Below are positions 53,892 through 64,000 of a DNA stretch of 64,000 nucleotides, in pieces; within the stretch, counting starts at the first letter, position 1, and each line of letters starts with the position of its first letter. The DNA is taken from contig CM120641.1 of NCBI GenBank assembly GCA_051362555.1, positions 42,166,401 through 42,230,400 on the forward strand. Direction: 5' to 3'. The stretch is from Lingula anatina. Taxonomy: Eukaryota; Animalia; Brachiopoda. The notes beneath the pieces are model-generated. The model saw nothing but the letters and a program-made list of their open reading frames with translations. It was not told the origin of the DNA and did not search any database. Position numbers and translations under genes: made by a program.

Positions 53892-56800
53892 CTGGAAAAA
53901 AATAACAGAATTAAAAAAATATATATAATTTCACCTTCATGTATTCATGCCATTTTAGTGTAACATAAGAATGCCTGTCCTACATAATGAAGAAACTATG
54001 TAATGTCTGCCTGTATGGTCACACTTCAGCTAACCAAAGCATGGCCAATGTCCATACTGTGGTCATTTATTAACCCATCTGGACATGGCATGTTGCAGCC
54101 AATTTGACAGGCGACATTCAAATTATCCAATTACTGACCTGTTGATGAGGACTTTAATGTCCCAACAAATAGGTACCATACATGGTTTAACTCAAGGCAG
54201 AGGTGTTTATCTTGAAATTTGACATATTCCATTTAGCATTTTAAGTAGGACACTCTCCTTCCCAGTCATTAACAATGTAGACATGGTCATTAGTAGCTTA
54301 GTTGGTTTACCCACCCAGTTAGTCTTTGGAAGTAGAAGATATCTATGACTAGGGGAAATTAATGGGTTAATGTAGATTCTATTCTGAATAAGACATTTGC
54401 ATGTAAATGTATGTTTTACAGTGGTATTTCAAAGTAGCAGAACTACTGGGTGGTCAAATAGTTCTGGGCATTATAGATCACCACAAATATTTGAAACTGA
54501 AACATTCAATTTTGAAATTTTATCTACTGTGCACAAAATCCAAAATATGTATATGTATGATGAATACTTTTTCAATTTTTCCCTTTAACATTTCAGATAT
54601 TTGTTTTATTTATTTATTTTTTACCTTTACATACACTTCCTTGAGTCCAAATAAAATGGCGGCAAACTTCACAAGTTTTGGGTTTCTTCAACTGTTTAGA
54701 CTTGAAACTGTGACGCCGGGCAAGCTGAAGGTCGTAGTCAGGCGGCTGAAGAAGAAAAAGAATGAAAACTTTGATGACATAAGTAAAGAATATATAAGCT
54801 TACTTAAGTAGCCTTTTATTGTTAAATTTCAAAATTCTTTTTTAAAAATTAAAACATAAAACATTTATAATAAAAATAATCATAATAACAAAAGACTCAA
54901 TAAATACATTTTTAAACATGAAATACACAAAACTAGATACACTGGTTTATTCTCAACATATTATTTCCCATCTTTTCTTTTCCTCAACATCTGCATCAAA
55001 TCCAGAATGACTTTTTACCATGGCATATTGACTACATCAAATATCTACTTCAGTTGCCATATCATAACAATATAACATAAACAGGTATGTTTGCCAGGGC
55101 AGGTCCATACTGTTTTCATTGCTCACAGTTTGGTAACAGTACAATAACACCTTGCAGTCAGTCAACACAACTTCTTTGCCATCCGCATATTGTTCTTTGT
55201 GTTTTACAATATGAAAATCTCCCAGTTAATCTTCAAAGATGAAAATTTGTTTTGAAGTCATTTAATATGCCTGACATTGTTTCAACTGTTCCCCATAAGA
55301 GGGAATGTGTAACTTGCGAGGCAAATGAGACATACTGTGGTATACTTTGTTCTACAGCGATATATCAACCTCATTTTGATATAAATGAAATATATCCAAC
55401 ACTGCACGGCGTTATGTTCATAGATGCAAAGAGGAAGTTTGTCACTATAAGGCTGATTACACCTGAAGTCAGTGAGCTGACTGATTGATTGTTTGAATGT
55501 TTTCTTTGATAATCACTTTTATTACAGCACTGAGTTACATGTGTACATTGATATTTTACTGAAAATGGCTAATAGTAGCTTCCTCTTACAGTGATATAAA
55601 TCTTAATTCATAAAGTGTTTATGCAACTGTGCACTGGGTGAGCAGAAATATTATTTGTTCTTTTACCATTACTTGCAAAGTGCTGCTTAGAAGCGTCACA
55701 AGGGGACTTCAGTTTTCGCATTCACAATCATACAATTATTTAAGTGAAAAGATAAATTTCTTCCATTTGTGATGAATGTATCCATGTGAATGAATGAATT
55801 GTATTTATGATGCTTTAAATTCAATTTTAATTGTTAAAACACCTTGAAAAAGATAATTCCCTGCTTGTCATACCAGTAATCAGAATTGTTAAAAATTCAC
55901 AGTAACATCTTGCTAAATGCTATCAGAATTCAATCATAATTGTTATTTCTGCCTTTCTCCATGATAAAGTTCCCCTCAAACTGCCTTTAATTTTTACTAA
56001 TATTGTTAAGTGTACTTCTTGAATGTGTTTTTATAAAAATACTCGGATCTATTACTCACAATGTCAACATTTGTATTACTATAATTTACATTGTCAGCAT
56101 TTATTAGGAAAACAGCCATGTTGCATCCTAATTATAAGAAGGACTTCTGCTCTAGTCCTTGTACATCATTCTTACATAACAATGATCAAAACATGAAAAC
56201 CATTCAAAATTTAATAAAATGTTACATAATAGTTTGCTTCTACCTTTGTCACAATCTATCCATATACAATATACCCTAACCTGACTTTAAAAATGTAACA
56301 TATAACGATGCTGCTATTGTACTTTAACTGTTATCTCCAAATTAATCTGTATAATCACACACGCCCCCACCTGTCCATACAAACCTCACCTATCGTGTTG
56401 ACCCAAAAGGAATTGGTAAAATGATTAACGCATTAATCTCTTTTGAACAAATCTGGATTAATGCTTCTGCACAATGCTGCTAGGAGTGAGGAATGAATCC
56501 TTGCACAGGACTACTACAGCTGCATTCAGATTGGGTCTCTTACAAAGTGTTTTAAGTCTACCTTCGGAAAGAAAGTGCTACTTGCACCTCCCCCCTCCCA
56601 ATCTTTGCCTTTGTCAATGTTATTTGATCCACTGTTCACTAAACTGGTCACTTAACAGGTGTATGACATATTTTAGATTGCAATAAGCCTTCTACTCCCT
56701 GAATTCAAGTTTTAATTTCTGAACCCTGCAACAATGACCAATCATAATTAAAGCCAGGGTACATTAAGATGTGGATGGGGGGGGGGGGGGGGGTTTACAT

Positions 56801-57174
56801 AACAGTCTGTACAAAAAAAAAAACATAAAAAACCCTACATGTAAAAACACTTAACTAATAATAATATCACAGAAGACTTAAAATTAGTTCCAGTGCATCA
56901 CCACACCGTGCCAAATACCTTGGCAAGGACACAGCATACAGACTTACTGGTCACAACACCCTGGCAAAGTCATCTCTCTTCACCAATTCATCACACTTAA
57001 TAAATCCACCATGGCATGTTGTATTTGATTGATTACCAGGCAATACTAACTTGGGATGTTGGCTAGACACTGATAAATATGCAACCCTTGAATAACATAA
57101 TAATGCATGATATATGATGTATGATCACAAAAAGAAAAGGAGTGATGGAAAAGATAGAGGGAGGAGTGGATGAA

Positions 57175-57207
<33 letters not shown>

Positions 57208-60200
57208 CCATGACAGTAATACAATAATACTGCTACCTCTTTCATACACATTAAAAAGATTTCAGGTTAAGTTGTCATGGACAAATCTCTTGTCAGTTTT
57301 TATCAGGTTTTCTTGCCACAAAAGAGATAAGAACATTTACTTTCATATCATCTGTGCAACACTGTCAATACTGTTACAGGGCAGTCACTGTTTTTGTCAT
57401 GTAACAAACATTATTCAGTGTATCTTGTCAAGGACACTTTTTATCTTCACTGACCCCCAGATGTCACCAAATTCATGTTTAGAAAAAAAAACTGACATAA
57501 ACCTTACAGGAACACACTTGAATGCATACATCACTGTCAACATACGGTGACAACAATGTGGCCAAGTCTGCCTCTTCCCGAATAGTTGTTGTCACTTTAC
57601 AAATCTACAACATACCTTCACTCATTCCTCACAGAGGTCACTACAGGGACTGAACTCAGACCAGACTCAACTTAAACCACAAAACCTTATTGCTTAACAA
57701 ATGACCAAAAAATTGCAAGACACATTGTTGTTCCCTACGCAGTCTGACCAACTGATGATGTCATGCAGTTCTACCATATCTGGTTCAAGTTCATCTGGTT
57801 CCCAAAATCAACAGAAATGTCTGCAACCAAACACCTCTGCCTAGAAGCTGTCACCAAATGGTTGTCACCACTTCTAAGAGGTGCAACATTTTGTGTATGA
57901 TAGATGATTTCATTAATATACCCAAATTGCATTTTCAATGGTGGGTATTAGCACTGCTGTCATAACCTGATAAATTGATTCATGGTACTTTGAAGTATCA
58001 CTGTCATCAAATATCTCTTGCTACATGTACCTCTAATCAATTACTGCAAACCAAAGGAAGTAGTACTCCATAACAACCTGCTTCTGAATAAACCGTAAAA
58101 ACATATTCCTAATTCATAAGAATTATACTACACTTCTAGTCTCTTATTACGTACCTACAGCTGTTATGAAATAATTACCCAAAATAACATTTGCAATAAG
58201 AGTTGTAATACCTACACAACATATACACGATATAACAACATACATGTGCACCTACATCACAACAAACGAGATATCATTCTCCTAATTTTCATCTCTCTTA
58301 TTGTAAGACTCCATTACCGACCTGTAGGCCTTCAAGCAGTCACCCCACCTACACAGTAAGCCCACTAAGCCACGGAGGTATGATAAAACCATGACCAGGG
58401 TAAACAACACGGTTTAAATAGCCTAGTGTAGTCCTGTGTGTTTGGGGAAAACAAATCCTTCATATACTGAGAGCTGTTCGGTCAACACACAGGCCAATAT
58501 GGGTCAGTGGATGAAGGGCTGCAGAGCCGGTTGCGGTGTCATTTCTATACATATATATACATATATTTATATATATTCATATGTAGGCATATGTCTATAT
58601 GAATATGTATATATAATAATGCAATAGTGCTTTACATCCAGTGTAATGAGTAAACGATGTCCAGGAAGTGCATGACGTGTGGGCCCCTTTAATTAGCAAG
58701 CCAAAAGATGTCATTCTAGACTATTATCTAACTCAAATAAAGCTAACAGTTATTAACCTTTCACAGTGATGACTATGGTGAATACCTACCAGTGAAATGA
58801 AAATATAATGACATATCAAGAATATCCAGCCCTGTGGCACTTTTTCTTCCACATCACCAACTTTAATTATATACCTTAAGTCAAATCTGTACCACTAATA
58901 TGACACTGGTGACACACCTGCCTCAGACACCTGCTTGAAATAGTACACGTCGGCTCATTACACAGCGATTTGAAAATATTTTACTTTTTTTTTTTTTTCA
59001 AATTGTAATTCAGTCCACACACCTCAGTGGTGAGGTACATCAAACTCTCTATTGTGAAACCTTACCCACCAAATTATATGCATTCACTTCAGTTCAACTT
59101 ATCTATAAGTGTGAAATAAATCTGTTTAAAAAAAGAACATTTTTTTTTTTTTTTTTTTTGTGCAGTTAAATACTTCGAACAGGAGTCACCCGTTGCTGCT
59201 CATGCAGGCTTCATACAGTTAAATTTTATATATAATTTGCATCACATAAAATACCAGCATCATATGAAGTATTTTACATATCATATATGCTATTAAAGCC
59301 ATACTATATCACTGTTTAACTTGCAAAGAAAGAGGGTCAACGTGTCACAAAGGCATGCCTTTCTCGACACCCTTTATAGAGATAAATCTTCCTACTATTG
59401 CACATTTGACGTACCTTGACTATGTGTCATACCAATTGCATTCCTGTTAAAGTTTCAAGGTGGACAATACCAGAACTTTAGAGGGCTGTTTCTTAATCAG
59501 ATTTTGAGTATCATTTCACAAACAACTCAGACTTGTTAAATTATCATTCGACTTTGTCTGGAAAATAGACACAGGCACTGTGTATCACAAGATGATATGC
59601 CTCATACAATTAAGTACCCCTACCCCACCCCTAGCCCCCCCCCCCACCCCACCCCTGCACCTACACCACCATCACCACAACATAAACAAACACCATTCCT
59701 CAACATCACAGCACCATAAGTCCATACACTTACTGCCAATCTATTTCCTACATCAGTGAGTGTCTCCTACATAACCAAGCCTCCTATTACACTCACAGTG
59801 CGTCTGCTGAGCCCTAATATTCACAAACATGCAGGTAGGTCTATACAGAAGGGGTCGTAACTATCTGGCTGTCAACGCACCTGCCCTGTCACCAGCATAC
59901 TAAACAGTTTGCCCTGAAACTATCAACATGCAGGAAGCAGTGCCATATGTATACTCTGTGCATTGCGTGGCATTATTGGTTATGATTTCCAGGATGCTAA
60001 ACTGTATGTAGTTTGGGTTTAAACATCTGAAAATTGTGATATTGTGCCATGAATTATTGGGTGAACTACTGTCAAGATATTGAAAAACATATTTCCGTCA
60101 GGTAAACTATTTCAAAATGATCTCTTAAAAAGTACCTGCAACCTCATCAATTTTCATGTCTTATAAGTATCTTGTGTTAACGTTAGAAGAAAAACCCATT

Positions 60201-60992
60201 CTGAGCTCGTTAACATGTTTTTATCTCTGTGATGGCACAAATTAAGTTACATGCACCAAAACAACAAATTTTATATAGCTTGGTTGACTATGGCCATCAA
60301 AAATAGTTTTACAGAGAGTGTGCCAAGTTCTATCATCATACGTGCACGTCCAACAGCGACACATATTAAATATAATGGGCTATCACTTAAATGTCACTCA
60401 TCCACATTTGACCTTCATTATTTGACAATAGTCATGTCACCCAACCTTAACTGGAGAAAGAAGAAGATCCAAAAACTGATCAAATCATCAGTGTACTATG
60501 CCCATTTCCAAGCACAGAAGTAAATGGTAATTTTTTTATTAGTATGTCAAAAAGAAAAGTCCTCTTTTAAATTAAACTCTGTCAGTTTCATTTTTTCTTT
60601 ATCTAAGGTTTGTTTACAGGTGATTTTGATGATCAACAGGTCCCTAAGCAATCACCTCAATATCTATACCCCCCTGCCCAGCAGGCAATGTCCAACCCTA
60701 AAACAATCACGATGAAAAAGAAACCTCAATTACCCAATGGCCCATTTCCATTTGTTGCATATAGGATAATTATATATTAGTGACAACTAAAGTGTCCTTG
60801 AGCATTCCCCGCCTGTCTTTACCCTACCTGTCCTCAATGCAGTGGTGACACTTTCCCTGTGCTGCCCCTATAAATCTCTCCTACACAACTAGCAAGTTAT
60901 TAATGGGTTTCCTAGCTGCTCCACCTCAGCAAAGCACCTGCATACAGATACAACCACAACAGATATTTTTTATAATTCCTTTTCTTTATCAA

Positions 60993-61026
<34 letters not shown>

Positions 61027-62772
61027 AAATCACATCATAAAATCCTTGTCATTTTTAGTTTCAAAAATCTAATTTTTTCTTTAGATTTTTACTGTAACAT
61101 AAACATTAAATATATGTACCACATTCAATGCTAGTTAAAAAACCTGACCAGCCAACTTGGTTTCAAATATTCCTGAAATCCTGGCATTTGCCCTTTGACC
61201 TCTCAGAGTGTTTGTAGTATTTCTCACACCTTGTCACACATGTTCCTAGAAATGTACTGCTTAGAATTCATGGCATGTGGCAATTATATTATTATTATTA
61301 GTTATCCTAGGCATACTTCAATTCACTACAAGTTTTAATCCATCCTGAAACTTCTGTTGTACATATAAATTTATGTGAGCTGCAGTTAATGCCTCAAAAT
61401 TCATGTAAAAGTCAAGGAACTTTTTTTACCTCAATAAAACATTTCTCCTATGACAATCCTGCACTCAAGTAATACATCTCAGTAGCATTTTGTAACAGTT
61501 GTCTGCAATGGCTGTTTATTAGCCAACGTTGTCAACCTCTTGAAAGTTTCTCTATCTGCAAATATTTCTACCCACCTCGCATACTCTGCATACTGTAGCA
61601 GTAGCGGAGGTGCAGCAATGAAGTTATTTACTCCACCCATTGTCCGACAATTTACACAACTTTGCGCGCCATTATGCATGGGACAAAGCCACTCTCTTTA
61701 CCTCTATGGACTTTCCTTCAAACCAGTGAATACCAAACTTAAGAGTAAGTATGTTTGTCCATCACCACGGTTCATTACTCCACTGTGTGAAGTTACAGAG
61801 GGCCAGGGTTACACTGAACACAGGTATGCGTCAAGCAAAAGCTACTGGAGTTAATACCAATGTTTGTGTTACCCTGCCTTCATAAACACACTGATCTATT
61901 CCTTCCATATATCAGGTCTTTTTAATGCTTTTTACTCAGGATCCTTGTACACATAAACATACTGATTGAGCGAGAGGGTGAGAAAAAAATGTCCTCGGTA
62001 CGTGCTCTGACCCCTGTACCCCCCTCTGTGTTTGTATCCTTTCTCCTCAAAGGGAAGGATAATGCATAACGTTGAAGCCTCCTCCCCCCTTTTTTTCTCT
62101 CATTTTCACATAGCACTTCTAGGGTTTGTAAAGAATATAATTATTTTTATGTATTAAAAATAATATTAATCTTATGTACTTAGTCCCCTCCCAGCTTGTG
62201 CTTTTGTTTGTTTACAACTTCAGGTACCAGAAAAATAAAGCATGCAGTCAATGACAAAACAACAATTTCTTTTCCACTTTATATGTTTGCAATTGCCTAT
62301 TACTAAAACAAAAATTTTCTAAATAATAAACAACAATAGAAATAACAATGAATGAAATGTTAGTTAACTGTTGTTAACTGTTGTTGCTGTACCACCCTTC
62401 TCGCTGCTACTCCATGTCTCTGAATGTTCCTGACAGTCAAAATCAAATCATATGAGGGGAAAATGCCTAAAAAGGGTTGTTTTACATAAAATAATTCTGC
62501 AACTTTCAAATAAAAAACAGTCTACATAGCAAAGAAACTTTCTAATCTTTAATTCTGGTGGTCTCAAGGAAAGATGTCAAGCAGATAACTGGCTGGCAAT
62601 GCATAAATATATTCTCCATCAGTGTGGGATTTAAGATCTTTCACTGTGATGCTAATAGTCCATGACATATGAAGTGAACACGATGAAATGACAGCAGTCA
62701 CTTAAACATAATAAAATAGATTAAGCATCCCATCCTTTTCAGCAAATGCATGACCCACTTTGTGAGACATTC

Positions 62773-63340
62773 TTTTTTATGTACAGACACAGATGTGTCT
62801 GTACATATTGCCATCACCTGCGTCTGTCGTCGCCGTCGTCGCCGATGCCGATGCCGATGGCAATGCCGTCGCCGTGCACTTTCACTGTAAACACGATAAG
62901 TGGAACACAGTTTTATTTTTTGCTTTTATATTTACAGAGCTGATGAATATTCATAAAACGCAGGTCAAGTTCGAAAATCAGCATGATCGGGCCATTATTG
63001 TAGAAGTTATGCTGTTTTATCACTTTTCAGCATATATGCAACCCTGTAAACACATTTTAAGGAAAACTGTTAGGCCTGTTGTCATGAAACTCACAAGAGT
63101 AATCAATCTTACTAAAACGCAGATCAAGTTCGAAAATTGGCATGATCGGGCCACTATTTTACTAGTTATGCTGTTTTTTCCTTTTTTTCAGCATATGTGC
63201 AACACTGTAAACACAATATAAGAAAAACCGATAGGCCAATTGCCATTAAACTCACAGGAGTGGTCAATCTTACTAAAATGCAGGTCGAGTTCGAAAATCA
63301 GCATAATCGGGCCATTATTTTAGAAGTTATGCTGTTTTTT
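62773..63340 (+). mobile_element. Helentron-associated non-autonomous element (HINE/Pearl-like), 3'-truncated, with ~160-bp tandem repeats
   Basis: T-run, hairpin atgtacagacac-agat-gtgtctgtacat, GTC/GCC-type microsatellite, then three monomers (aaaacgcaggtcaagttcgaaaat at 62955, 63114, 63275). Confidence 0.8.
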
Positions 63341-64000
63341 CACATTTCCTCAGATTCAATTCTTAGGCATGTTAACAGTCTTATTATTTTACTAATAAGA
63401 TACATAAAAGTGTTTGTTTGACATTTCCTGCATCTTTACAACATTGTTAGTTGATTATGTAAAAATGATGGTAAACTTGTTATCGTGTATTGTGTAATAA
63501 AGTGTCTAAAATGGAAATAAACTCATATCATTGCAGTTTGTCAGATTCAATCATTCACTATGTTCAGAATCTCAGAATGGAGGAAATTGGACATTTAACA
63601 CTATTCTATTGATATTTTTCCCATCTCATCAATTATCTTAGTTGATCATATAAAAATTGCAGTAAACTGTTCATTTTGTTTTATGTTAAAAAAGTGTTAA
63701 AAATGGAAATAAACCCATGTCAGAACAGTGCTGTCTTGTTTCACATTTCCTCAGATTCAATTCTTAGGCATGTTAACAGTCTCATTGTTTAACTAATAAG
63801 ACATGTAAAAGTGTTTGGTTGACATTTTCTGCATCTTTACAACATTATTAGTTGATTATGTAAAACTGATGGTAAACTTGTTATCGTGTATTGTGTAATA
63901 AAGTGTCAAAAATGGAAACAAACTCATATCACTGCAGTTTGTCAGATTCAATCATTCACTATGTTCAGAATCTCAGAATGGAGGAAATTGGACATTTAAC
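63341..64000. repeat. 401-bp tandem repeat (satellite-like), runs off the window
   Basis: cacatttcctcagattcaattcttaggcatgttaacagtc at 63341 and 63742, with near identity continuing to the window end. Confidence 0.92.

Noticed and set aside
53892-62700. Search for the first half of C1 (H-x-F…C-x2-C…C)
   Set aside because: No convincing exon was found, so it probably lies beyond 64000. Short ATG-donor pairs near 56950 (MTLPGCCD, phase 2) and 60136 (MKIDEVA, weak donor) and the ORF at 61479-61679 are unsupported.
62746-63421. ORFs with repeated peptide units
   Set aside because: Translations of the HINE microsatellite and the 160-bp monomers.

Overview
AT-rich, intron-rich eukaryotic DNA, most likely an invertebrate; the Helentron/HINE-type repeat points to a mollusc or other lophotrochozoan. 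The whole window lies inside one minus-strand tensin gene. I traced 16 phase-compatible GT-AG exons from 53891 down to 215. They encode the second half of a C1 domain, a linker, the PTEN-like PTP domain (intact WPD and HCKGGENRT motifs), the C2 domain and the long low-complexity middle region. The first half of C1 and the SH2-PTB end appear to lie outside the window. The large 5' introns hold several candidate alternative first exons that would give C1-less isoforms. Intronic repeats include a 2.8-kb CCCAG-ended TIR element containing a deleted Gypsy-type LTR retroelement, two Harbinger-like MITEs, a HINE with ~160-bp repeats, a 401-bp dimeric satellite and microsatellites. I found no prokaryotic features and no clearly new system. 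The best leads are the possibly catalytically competent tensin phosphatase, the swappable N-termini and the nested element with asymmetric CpG decay. Family assignments come from recalled motifs and were not checked by database search.
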